A program made the position numbers and the translations under genes. Of a stretch of DNA of 64,000 bases, positions 38,221 to 50,578 are shown in pieces. The DNA lies in NCBI GenBank assembly GCA_964016885.1, contig OZ024741.1, positions 321,656,001 through 321,720,000 on the forward strand, in the 5' to 3' direction. Below the pieces are notes generated by a model. That model ran no database searches. It was given only the letters and a program-made list of their open reading frames with translations, and was not told the origin of the DNA. Within the stretch, counting starts at the first letter, position 1; each line of letters opens with the position of its first letter. The stretch comes from Eledone cirrhosa. Taxonomy: Eukaryota.

Positions 38221-38661
38221 CACATACAGTCTCACTGTATGTATCTTCTGCTATGATCATATCACAGCTACCTCAGTAACCATGTAAGAGTGCAGAACCC
38301 TTGTATTTCAGGATTTTTAGCCATCACCAGCAATGCTTAATTACTATGTATGTACCACAGGATAATGGGGTATAGAAGACAACATCTTGTAGATTTTGTA
38401 AACAAACTATTTTTGTTGAAAGCTTGACATTTGGTGCAAGCATCACTGTAAAAAATTAATTACCAATAGCACTAATACTAAATAATTAGCCCTTGTTCTG
38501 TTGTCACGATGAAGCAGAGCAGTTATTTCAACAAGAGAGATTCATTGAGTTCAATATAAATAATTTTATTACAAAAGTGAGGAAAGAAAATGGGAAAAAT
38601 ACAATATATTGATAGGAATAATTTAATAATTTATTCAGTTACAATAATGTATATATATTTT

Positions 38662-38735
38662 CTACTTCTTTGTATCATCAGTTTCTGTCTTGGTACCAGG
38701 TATTATTTCATACTCAGGATATTTAGGGAACTTTC
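38662..38735 (-). CDS. NDUFAF2: NDUFAF2 exon 6, terminal (GKFPKYPEYEIIPGTKTETDDTKK*)
   Basis: Long pyrimidine tract+TAG acceptor, phase 1, in frame with exon 5, stop at 38662. Confidence 0.75.
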
Positions 38736-38923
38736 CTATGTAATAAAAATAAAAGAATAAATATATATATATATGAAAAATTCGGGACCCTGACGGCTGA
38801 GCTAGATCCAAACAGCTGTTGAAATGGCAGGAGCTCAGTCGTTGGGGTCCGGAAGTTTTCCTGTTATCCACTCTACTACCCCAAGTATCGAGTAATGGTC
38901 TAACAGATTTTTACTGCATCCAT

Positions 38924-38959
<36 letters not shown>

Positions 38960-40001
38960 CTAAGTAAAGAAACATTGATTGATCAATTAATAGACTGACT
39001 GTAGTGTAAACAGACGTAAGCACTCCACAACATAGGTAACTTGCAGGCATAAAATATCTAAAACTTTCATCAGAATATATAGTTAACCTGGTCCTTAGAC
39101 ATTAACCTGTACCCAACTTTTTAACCTAATTACTTAACTTCAAAACCTTCTAGTGCATCATTGTATTTATATACCTGCCTCTCTTTCTTTTCAACAGCCC
39201 AATCCTTCCACCTACCTTAGACAAACTTACTACCCCTCTTATAATACATCAATTAGTCAAACTTTTTACATCTTGATTCATTAGTTTCTTGATATATATA
39301 TAAAAACAATATTAGAATTTGGTTTCACACTCTCACAAAGTTGGCTACGTAAATGTATTTATAAGTTTTATATTGAATAATGGTTTCTGATTTAGGCACA
39401 AGGCCAATAATTTTAGGGGAGGGGAAAGTCGACCCCAGTGCATTACTAGTGCTTTATTTTATTGACCCCGTAAGGATGAAAGGCAAAGTTAACCTTGGCA
39501 GGATTTGAACTCAGAACGTAAAAGCTCATAACTCTATGCTGCAAAGCAGGGTGTCTGACACTCAACTGATACTGCCAATACACAGTCTTGACAAAGGGCA
39601 ATAACCCAGAAACATACTGACTGTTTCTCTATGCCACTGCTAGAACAAACGGATGATGGCGGTCATCTAAAAAGCATAGCGTAATGAGGCTGTTTGCTTG
39701 CAAACGAATCAAATATTATTTGTATTGACCTCTATGTTCGGTCCTTGTGGTCAATAATAAAGAAATCATTATTATTATTCGCCATCATCATCATCATCGT
39801 TTAGCGTCCATCTTCCACGCTTGCATGGGTTTGGACGGGAATTTTCCCACTTGAAGCAAGATTGGTTGTCTTGCTCGTATAGGACTGTCTGGCGGATTTT
39901 CTACGGCTGGATGCCCTTCCTAACACCAACCACGTTTACATTAATATATATATATGTGTGTGTGTGAGTTTTATATCAAATAATAATAATAATGATTTCT
40001 T

Positions 40002-40033
<32 letters not shown>

Positions 40034-40655
40034 AAGAGGGAGAGAGAAGGCGGAAGTATTTACTATCATGATCATTTAACGTTTATTTTTCCATGCTTGC
40101 ATGGGTTAGACGGGTTGTCATGTTGAGACAAGTCAGGTCAGCAGACCACATCTTGCTCATATGGATCTATTTTGGCTCAGTTCCTATGGCTGGATGCCCT
40201 TCCTAAAGCCAACTATGTTACAGTGTGAACTGGGTGCTTTTTATCATGGCACCAAAATAACCATCTAACAAGGTGGGCACAACCAACTTACAGGGTGGAC
40301 TAGGTGGGGTCTTTTTTTACTGTATGTGATATATAAGATCCACAGTTATTATGACCTAGATGATATATTTTCAGCCTTTTTTTTGGTTAAAAATAAAGTA
40401 GGTATTATACATCATGAAATATCAATTCATAACTATGTGTTGCTCTATCAATCTATCCATTTATCAATATTCATATATCATCCATCCATCCAAATGTTAA
40501 ACCAGTTAACAAATGAAACCCTTTCTATTGCAAACAGTGAGACCAGGTTTCCGGTTTGAGGATATTTTCCACTCTCCCCAGTCTCGAAAATCCTAAAAAG
40601 AATCATGGATTTGGCCCTTCCTCATGACTAAGCAATAAGAAAAAAAAATACTCAC

Positions 40656-40692
40656 CTGTCGTATGAGTTTCCTTAAATTTGGATGAGGTACC
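40656..40692 (-). CDS. NDUFAF2: NDUFAF2 exon 5 (GTSSKFKETHTT)
   Basis: gattttcag| acceptor, G|GTGAGT donor, 37 nt; needed to convert phase 0 to phase 1. Confidence 0.7.
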
Positions 40693-42058
40693 CTGAAAAT
40701 CAAATAGATTACTTTGAGAATTGTCAGATATTTTTATAAAGTAAGTTAATTATTAAAACAAACAAATATAATGAATTTAAAAATAGGAAATATTTTAAAC
40801 ATATATGGTTTTGTCCAGGACCCGACAAACTTTCTAGTAATGGCGCAATGAGGAAACACACGCAGAACACTGAAGTGGTTGATGATTGAATAGAGACAAT
40901 ATAATGTAGAGCGGTCTCTACAGGTTTGATCGAGAACATAACAATTTCTCTGGTGTTAGTATCAGAATAAAATACACCCAGTACACTCTGTAAAGTGGTA
41001 GTGCAGCTGCTATGGTAAAATGCACCTACTATTGGTTGGTGTTAGGAAGGGCATCCAGCCATAGAAAACCTGCCACATATGGAGGTACATGGATTAGTGG
41101 CTAGAGCATTGGCCTTGCAATCGAAAGGTTGTGAGTTCAATTCTCAGACCGGGTGATGTGTTGTTTCCTTGAGCAAGACACTTTATTTCACATTGGTCCA
41201 GTTTACTCAGCTGTAGAAATGAGATAATAGGGACTGGGGTCCATATCATTCCACTGCAAAGTGGTCGTGGAGGTGCCACGGCAAAAAAAGCACCCAGCAC
41301 TCACTGTAAATGAGGTTGGTGTTAGGAAGGGCATCCAGCTGTAGAAATCAAGCCAGAATCAGTTCCCGTCCCACCCTTGCAAGCAGGGAAAAAGTGGACG
41401 TAAAATGAAATGATGATGAATGATGATAGTCCTATACGAGCGAGACATGGTCACCCGACCAATCTTGCCTCAAGTGGGACAACTCCCGTCTAACCCATGC
41501 TAGCGTGGAAGATAGACGTTAAACGATGATGATGATGATGATGTATACTCTATAAAGTGGTAATGCAGGTGCCATGATAAAATTCCAGCAGTATACTCTG
41601 TAAAGTGATTGATGTTAGGAAGGGCATCCAACTGGAGAAACCATACCAAAATATGGAACATATGAGCAAGACATAGTTATCTGACTAAGACTTGTCTCAG
41701 ATGGTAACAAGCCACCTAACCCATATCAGCATAGAAAACAAATGATGATGATTGTAGACGAGTCATTTTAAGCAACTCTTACATAACATACTTGTTTCAT
41801 TTGCAACACAATGTGTCAGATCAAATCACTTGCCAATCAAATACAACTTCAATATTTGAAATGTTCTCTTTGTTAGAATTAAAAAAATAAGTCTAAACAA
41901 TGAAGTATAAAATGAATGTATCATAAACTCTGGTGGACAACTAAGAGAACTTGAAGGGATGGTGCTGCTTATTTTACATTTCATTTTATTTTGGATGGGA
42001 CAGCAAAGGGAGGGGGGAGGAAAGAGAAGAATAAAAAAAGACAAGAAATCATACTAAC

Positions 42059-42130
42059 TGCATATTTTTCTTCTAATTCCTTAGCTCGTTGAAGAGTTCT
42101 CATCATTAATGCATTGTTTCGTTGAATTTC
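42059..42130 (-). CDS. NDUFAF2: NDUFAF2 exon 4 (EIQRNNALMMRTLQRAKELEEKYA)
   Basis: ttgttccag| acceptor, |GTTAGT donor, 72 nt; continues PPTEE-EI..N as in mimitin. Confidence 0.8.
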
Positions 42131-42304
42131 CTGGAACAAATAAATATTCATATTGAATATCTAAATAAAATGTTATAAGACACAAGCCATACATTAGATA
42201 CTCTGGCAATTCATTGATGCTCAGCCTTTCTTCAAAATTTATAATGAACATCAATAACTCAACTCATTTTTGTCTCCTTCTTATTGAGTCTTAATATTCA
42301 CTGT

Positions 42305-42520
42305 TCCCTGTCTACCATCACACATTCTACATATGTCACATATAGTCCTCTACAACCAATGTCTACTATCACATATTCTACATATGTCACATATAGTCCT
42401 CTACAGCCAATTCTATCACCACACATTCTATATATGTCACGTATAGTCCTCTACAGTCACTGTCCACTGTAACACCTACACATGTCACATATAGTCCTCT
42501 ACAGACATTATCTACTACCT
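42305..42520. repeat. About 50-bp minisatellite, about 4 units
   Basis: tctaccatcacacattctacatatgtcacatatagtcctctaca repeated. Confidence 0.85.
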
Positions 42521-45500
42521 CATCCACTACACACAGTTTCTGACTACCCAGTTTCACTCACAAGGCTTGGTTTGACGTAAGGCCATGACAAAAGTCACTT
42601 GCCCAAGATGCTAACCGACTATGTGGCTTTTCTCAGATGATCTCATCAGAAACATTTAATTTATATGTAAGAAAATGTATATATAGTTGCACATTCTCTT
42701 CGTATCAGCATGATGATGAGTATGATGGGGGTTGCTGTTTAATTCCCGGCTGATTGTCATTGGAGCAATGACAATCAGCCGGGAATTAAACAACCACCTC
42801 CCTATGTTGATGGCAACATAGGTAGGTGGGGGTGATGCTGTTAACATCATAATGATAATAATGATGATGGGGGGGGGGGGGGCAGTGGAGGTAATGGTGG
42901 TGACAGAGGTGGTGATGGAGGTGGTGGTGGTTGTAATGGTGATGGTGATAAAGCAGAGAAAAGTGATCAGATTAAGTGAAAAGCCAGGTGTTGAAATGTT
43001 GATAATGAAAAGTAAAAATGATAATATTTCCAGGTCATTGTAGCTTTTTTAAAGATGTGTGGCTTAGTAGTTAAAGGGTTGGGTTCCTAAATATAAAGCT
43101 GTAAGTTCGATTCTCAGACCAGGCAGTGTGTTGTGTCCTTGAGCAAGACCTTTTATTTCATGCTGCTCCAGTCCACTCAGCTGTATCAACCTTTGTCTTT
43201 CTCTTGAACAATACTGGTGTCATGGATAAGCAAAAAAGACCTGCATGGGTGATTGCTGGTCTTCCATAAAACACCTTGCCTAGGCTTGTGCCTTGGAGAG
43301 AAACTTTCCAGATGCAAACCCATAATTAGTTATGACCAAGGGGTGAGTGGGACATCATATCCTATTGTGCATGTGTGTGTGAGACTTAACACTTTACCAT
43401 TTACATTATTCTATATGGATTGGCAGTATCAGTAGAGGGTCGGACGCCATGCTTTCCAGCATAGTTACGTCCCTTTACGATCTGAGTTCAAATCCCGCCG
43501 AGGTTGACTTTGCCTTTCATCCTTACGAGGTCGATAAAATAAAGTACCAGTAATGCACTGGGTAATTGCTGGCCTTGTGCCTAAAGTAGAAACAATTATT
43601 CTATATTTACTATTGTATTTTCACAGTAAAGGCTTTATCTCACATAATTATCTCATTCAATATCAAAGCTACAAGATTTTGATATTATTTATTTTGAGAA
43701 CAATACCTTATCATTGGTATGAGTGGCCAGTTACAACTGGTTTGAACTGAAAGAGGTGAGAACATTCTGGCTGGATATGACCGGTTTAAATGCTAAAGGG
43801 TTAAAGCTTCTCTCTGAAAGACCCTTGACCTACCAGTTTGCAGCTGGCTAGGACCAGATTAAATTGATGTACACCAAATGTGAAGGAGTGTGGTGTAGAA
43901 GTTAGAGTGTTGGACTCATGGTTGTAATGTTGTGGGTTTGATTCTCAAAAAGGACAGCATGTTGCTTTCTTGAGCAAAATACAATATTTCCCTTTACTCC
44001 AATTAACTCAGCTGAAAATGAGTACCAACAATGACTAAGAATAAACCTTGTAATGGACTGATGTACAGTACAGGAAGGTGACTTGTACTGTCAGTCATTT
44101 AGCGCCAATTAAATCAGGGTAGGCCCTGGCCCAAACGGCTTCAAGGCTTAGGAACAAATTTACCTTATAACTTTAAGACCAAGCAATAATTGTATGATTT
44201 CACACTGTGTGACTTAATTGAGAGCTTCGTGTCCCTGCACCATAAATCACAACATAATAACAATAAGAGGGTTTGAACCAGCTACCTTATAGCTCACAAT
44301 CCAGGTCCTTACCAACTCAACAACTTAGTCATTGGAAAAATCTTATCATCATAGCAGCATTTAACATCTATTTTTCAGACTTGCATGGGTTAGACAGGTG
44401 TCACGTTATGAGTCAAGTCAGGTCAAGTAATCATGTCTTGCTCATGCAGATCTGATTTTTGGTTTGATTTCTATAGCTGGATGCCCTTCCTAATGTCAAC
44501 CACGTTACAGTGTGAACTAAGTACCTTTTACAGAGGCACCAAAACAACTGTCTAACAGGGTGAACGGGGTGATTTTTCACAACCTAAAAGGGTGGACTCA
44601 CCTATGTAAATTATATCTGAAGTTTAAACCATTTTGAAATGATTTAAACATGATTTTAGTATTCACATGTCTTTAATAATACATACTCTACTTTCTTTAG
44701 AATATGGAGTACTATGTTGCAAATGATCTCACTAGTCTTTAATTAGTAACATCATATCCACACATACACACACACATATATATATATAAAGGGGTGTATA
44801 CACATGTGTGAGTCCGAAAAGTAAACGAAAAACAACACACCAAAAAGATACACTACAATGAAGATATATATTAGTTTAATGCTTGATATATTAGGAAAAG
44901 GGTCTTAACGTTTCGGACATCAGTCTTTTATTTGAAGATAGAATAAGAAATAAGAGAAAAAAATAGAAAGTGAGAGGAGAGTGAGAAGAAGAAATGGTAA
45001 AAAATTATTTTCGAGAAAAATCATGCATGTGTACGGTCAGCCATATATTATTGAAGAAGTTACAATTAAAATGTCATTATTAACACCACTTTGAAAACAT
45101 GACCTCATGACAAAATTATTAAACAGTCTACTGGCAACATCAATTCTTCATATGATAATATTTCAAATAAATATATAAACATTTACAAAGTTATTTATTA
45201 GCCTGCAATAGCAAACAAGAAATCTACTTCATGATCTCATTAATAGGTTAGTGAAGCAAAGTTGAACAGGATAAAGGATAAAGGTCCCATAACTCCTTTT
45301 GGAGTCGTAGAGGCACCACCATACGGTGTGTCTAGGGCACTATTAAACCTGGCAGCCGAATTTTTCTGTAGAGGAAGAATCGACCCCAGTGCTGGATTGG
45401 TTCTTTTTTTATCGAACGGATGTAAGGCAAAGTTGACCCTAGAGGGATTTGAACTCAGAGCATGCAATGAGGTGGGACGAATACTGTAAAACATTCTATC

Positions 45501-45842
45501 TGACGTCTTAAAGACTCTGCCAATTCGCCGCCTTAACCCTTTAATGTTCAAACCAGCCAAAACCGGCCAGAATTCTCTACCTCTTTTTGTTGAAACTGGC
45601 TGTAACTAGTCGCTCAAACTGATATTAACGTATTGTTCTCAAAATAAATACTTTCAAAATCTCATAGATTCGATATTATGTGAGATAAAGCATTTACCAT
45701 GAAAATATAATAGTATATATAGAGTAATGTGAATGCTAAAGAGTTAAAGTTGGATAAACTTCAGGTAAAAATAATTACTTTTCTCTGTGAAGTGTAGTTG
45801 TCCCAACACAAGCGACTACAACTATAATTAATCAGTATAAAT

Positions 45843-46377
45843 CAGAGGTTCTCAAAGTGCGCACTACCACCCCCATGGGGGCACAGGAGCTTAAGGGAGC
45901 AGTGGTGGGGGGGGGGGGGGGGGGCAGTAGAAATGATATAATAGTATATTAAATATCAAATGATTCATATATATAAATATAGTAAAATAAAAAATACATA
46001 TTTATTTATACATAGTATATATTATATTATTTGTTAGGGCGGTGGATTGGCAGTATCGGTAGAGGGTCGGACGCCATGCTTTGACGCATAGAGTTACGTC
46101 CCTTTATGATCTGAGTTCAAATCCCGCTGAGGTTAACTTTGCCTTTCATCCTTACGGGGTCGATAAAGTAAAGTACCAGTAATGTACTGGGTTATTGCTG
46201 GCCTTGTGCCTAAATTAGAAACAATTATATTATTTGTTATATATAAATTGACGATTTTATTTATTATATATTATTTACAATTTGCGTGCAGGCAGGTCTC
46301 TCTGGAAATAGGGGTGGGGGTGCTGAGGGTGTTACGTGGCCGTGAGGAGGGTGAGGCAAAAAGTGTGAGAACCTCTG
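45843..46377. mobile_element. Non-autonomous hAT (Charlie-like) element with nested SINE
   Basis: TIRs cagaggttctca / tgagaacctctg; 8-bp flanks gtataaat / ctataaat (7/8 match). Confidence 0.75.
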
Positions 46378-46383
46378 CTATAA

Positions 46384-47535
46384 ATCATCATCATCATCAT
46401 CATCAACGTTTAACGTCCGTGTTCCACGCTTGCATGGGTTTGGACGGGGGTAGTCCCACTTGAGGCAACAGTGATTGTCTTGCTCGCATAGGACTGTCTG
46501 GCAGGTTTTCTACAGTTGGATGCCCTTCCTAACACCAACCACATTTACAGTGTGGGTCTGGGAGGTTTTTACCGTGTTGCCTACACGGCCACATTACAGC
46601 GTGGACTGTGTGTTTTTTTGTCGTGACACCTACACGATCTCATTTGTTTCGGCCTGGATGGCGCGGCACCAACATAACTTTACATAGAACGAGATGGTGT
46701 GGATGGGGTGGGGGTGGTGGTGGCGCGGGGTGTATTTTGTTAGAGATGCCTACTGGCAAGGCGGGTCTTCTCTGTTACTGAGTACCGCCAAAGGTCTCGG
46801 TCCAGTGACATTGTCTTGGAGAGGTGTAAGTGTGTGAGGTCGGAGTTTATCAGCTCATCCCATGTTTTTCTAGGTCTGCCTATTCCGTGGCTACCGTCTA
46901 TCTTTATTGCCCTGCACTTTGTTATACAGCTATCGACTTTCATGCGCATCACGTGTCCATACCAACGCAGCCTTCTCTCGAGTAAACAACATCTGATCCC
47001 TCTTATCTCTAATTTTTTCCTTAGTTCGTTTATGCTTTGCCGTTCACGTATATTACTGTTACACATCCAGCGGAGCATGCAAGCTTCGTTCCTCTCTAGT
47101 CTGCGTATATCCTCTGCACACAATGCCCAGGTCTCACTACCATGCAACATTGCTGTTCGTATGCAGGCATCGTACAACCTGCCTTTCATTTTTAGGGAGA
47201 ACCCTTTAGCAGCTAATAGTGGTATAAGCTCTCTTAACTTTTTCCAACCAGTTCTGACTCTAGCTACAGTACTTTCAGAGCACCCTCCCCCACTGCTGAT
47301 TTTATCGCCCAGGTAACGGAAGCTGTCCACTATTTCTATAGAACCCTCTGCGCAATTGAAAGAGCTAGTATTTTGTGGGCACTTGCTGCTACTTATTGCA
47401 CCAGAACACCGGCCACATGTAAAATCTATGTTCTTAGTTAGCTTACCTGTGATCCCACTACATCTTTTATGCACCCATACTTTGCATTTAGGACATAAAA
47501 TGGAGTTTCTACCTACGCCTTTCCTACACACCGGC
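46384..47535 (-). mobile_element. RTE LINE, 5'-truncated young copy (family A) with 3'UTR and (GAT)n tail
   Basis: ORF 46740..47630 from VCRKGVG onward is near-identical to the C-terminal part of ORF 53295..54686; 3'UTR also shared. Confidence 0.92.
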
Positions 47536-48081
47536 GTATTTATATTATTTAATTGATTATAATCAGTGAGAGGAAGGCAACTCTGTCCGGAATTTTCAAT
47601 CTCCTGGTATACTTTATCCAATACTCTCAATTATTATTTATAGTATTCAACCATTGTTATGGTCATCTACGTTGGGACAACTATATTTTAAATTTTCTTA
47701 ATATTTTCTTAGCCAAACAGAAATTACTTTTCTAGTTTGAAAAAAATTTCTATCTTCAATTTGGTATTTGAGTCAACCCTTACCTAGGGTCATGAATCTT
47801 GGGTAATGACCTAAAGAATACGATCATGAATACAAGTGGCCAATATGTGGTTCTTCTGAAAGGTCTTTGGAGTAACGTTACTCGATAGAGTGCATAGCTT
47901 GGAGATCAGAGAGTCACTCCAGGTAGAGCCGCTACTTCTCCAAATTGAGAGATAACAGCTCCAATACTACAGATATGTAGTTAGAATGTCTCAGGAAAGA
48001 ATCACTGGGCAGTGTGCTTGGGGACTCTGCCCCCACAACCCTCCCAGGAATAAGTGGGTGAAAAAGTGAAAGTAAGAAACA

Positions 48082-48304
48082 GATGATGACCCACTTCAGA
48101 AACTAAAATCTCAGAAGATAGTTACTTGTTGTGTTTGTAAAGGAGACCATTGGCCCACTAGATGTCCTTATAGGGATATTCTACAGCCATTACAAGATGG
48201 TGGTGTCACTGCAATTGGCACCAAATCTGGCAAATATGTGCCATCCAGTAAGCGGTATTGTGCCATCAAATGACAAGGAGAATCAATGAACAATAGCAAA
48301 CGAG
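48082..48304 (+). pseudogene. EIF3G: eIF3 subunit G pseudogene fragment
   Basis: Translates DDDPLQKLKSQKIVTCCVCKGDHWPTRCPYRDILQPLQD-GGVTAIGTKSGKYVPSSKRYCAIK*QGESM: eIF3g Zn-knuckle CKGDHW..CPY and KYVPP...GESM motifs, in-frame TGA at 48271, no start or RRM. Confidence 0.8.
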
Positions 48305-49831
48305 GCAATTACCGTATAATCTTGTATATAAACTAAGAAATAGGTGACCATAAAAATCGATGGTTAAACGGGGATCGGCTTATATTCAAGGTTAATATTT
48401 TGCCGATTTTCACCAACTTCAAATTCTACATAAATGAGGTACTAAAATATTTTCGCATCACAAGTGAATATTACACTGGTTTCATTTTGGAGGTAAAATT
48501 TGTTTTTCGTATTGTTTGTGAAACAAAAACTATACTCTAAATGACACTTAAAACATTTAAAATATCATCATCATCATCGTTTAACGTCTATCTTCCACGC
48601 TAGCATGGGTTAGACTGAATATTAAAACTTCATAAATATATTCTCCACCCATGAGAATTTCAAAACTGTGCATCTAAACATAATGTGTTGATTAGCTGCC
48701 TCGACTAATGCATGGGGCTTGGCTTTTTACCCACTTGGTTTTGCCATAAAATCTGTTCAACGATTCTTTCCTTAGACATTCTGACCACATGTCTGTAATA
48801 TCAAAGCTGTGATCTCTCAATTTAGAGAAGTAGTGACTCTAACTGGAGAAACTCTGATCTCTGAGCTTAGCCCTCTATTGAGTAATATTACTCTAAACAT
48901 CATTTGGAGGAACCCCATTTCAGCTGCTAGTATTCACAGTCATATTCTTTTAGTCATTACCCAAAATTCATGACCACAGGCAAGTAAAAGTCTGTCTGAA
49001 GCCTAGAGGCTCATACCGGTTGCCATGGTATTAACCCTTTAGCATTCACATTACTCTATATATACTAATATATTTTCATGGTAAAGGCTTTACCTCGCAT
49101 AATTATCTCACATAATATCGAATCTATAAGATTTTGAAAGTATTTATTTTGAGAACAATACCTTAACATCAGTTTGAGTGACCAGTTACAGCCAATTTAA
49201 ACAGAAAAAAAGAGAATTCTGGCTGGTTTTGGCCAGTTTGAACATTAAAGGGTTAAGCGACTGAGAGTACAAGACTACCCCTGGACAGGATGCCAGTCCA
49301 TCGCAGGGTTAAACCCCCAGCTATTGCTGCTGGTATTCATTTTCAGCTGAGTATATTGGAGCAACATGAAAGGAAGTGTTTTGCTCAAGAACACAACACA
49401 CAACTCAGTCCAGGAATCGAACCCACAACATTATGATCGTTAGTTCATCGCCCTTACCAGTAAACCATAGGTAAGGCTTGACACAAAAACTGAATTGAAG
49501 ATATCGAGTTTGGCTTTCACACCTACCTCCCTTATGGTGATTGAATGCTGAAGCTGGTCCATTACTGTACCAGCTCCTGCAATTCTTACACTTAATTCAG
49601 ACTCCTGCATTCCATCACTCATGTACATGGCCTCAAGATACTTGTATATTTCCACTTGCTTCAGTGAAACTCCATTTACATGTAGATTGCACTGCACAGG
49701 TTTCCTTGAAAGGATGAGTATCTTAGTCTTCGCAACACTAATTCTTATTCCTGCCGTACAGTACTCGACAGTGAACTTGTTTCTTATTCCTATTAAATTA
49801 TCTCAATATCATTTGAAAAAATTTTCCTTAC

Positions 49832-49872
49832 CTCTTCCGTTGGTGGATTTTTCCGTTTGCTCCGGATCCAAG
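49832..49872 (-). CDS. NDUFAF2: NDUFAF2 exon 3 (AWIRSKRKNPPTEE)
   Basis: cttttccag| acceptor, GAG|GTAAGG donor, 41 nt; completes the P.EWEAWIR..R..PPT NDUFA12-family motif. Confidence 0.9.
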
Positions 49873-50488
49873 CTGGAAAAGATTTGAACTGAATAATTTA
49901 TGTTAGACACAAAAACATATATAACGAAAGGTAAGTTAGTATTAATCCTTTCATGGCTGAATGTCTAAAGAAATATGCTACTTATGTGTTTCTATTAATT
50001 TTCAAAATAATCAATAATAATCTGGTATTTAATTAAATAACTAATTTTTATATGTATTTCTGTATATATATATATATTTATATATATACACACAAACGCT
50101 AATGTGAGATTAAAAAGTTCACTTTATAACTATTTGGTTTGGGGTTTTTATATTAAATTACCAGAGATAGTTGCGGTATAAAAGGGTTTATTTAGAAAAA
50201 GATTACTAAATGTTACAAGGCATTTTGTTTGATGCTCAACTAACTCTCTCTCTTTTTTACATAAACACAGACACACACACAAACTAATTCTCTCTTTCTC
50301 TTTGACACAAACAGACAAACAAATTCTTCCTTACCCATCCACTCTTTCTCTCTCTCTCTCTGGCATAAACACAGGTACACATACATATGACACACAAATT
50401 ATTTCTCTCTCTCTGACATAAATACACACTTACATGCAGAGACAAACAAAGTGGGTTTAAAGACCTGAAAGAGAGAGTAGTGTGTTAC

Positions 50489-50578
50489 CTTCCCATTCTA
50501 TAGGTACATCTGGTGGTGTATTCTGATCCCCATCAGCACGTTCAACCCATCGAGCTCCTCTGAGGTTTTTTGATGGAT
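50489..50578 (-). CDS. NDUFAF2: NDUFAF2 exon 2 (NPSKNLRGARWVERADGDQNTPPDVPIEWE)
   Basis: aatttcag| acceptor, G|GTAACA donor, 90 nt phase 1-1; R-W-V-E and P-x-EW motifs. Confidence 0.9.

Noticed and set aside
38736-38871. N-terminal part of ORF 38662..38871 as coding
   Set aside because: It runs through a (TA)n tract and pyrimidine tract; only the part after the acceptor at 38735 fits NDUFAF2.
46816-47316. Long plus-strand ORFs opposite the RTE elements (also 53896, 54343, 58363, 58972)
   Set aside because: These are antisense shadows of the RTE reading frame with no independent motifs.
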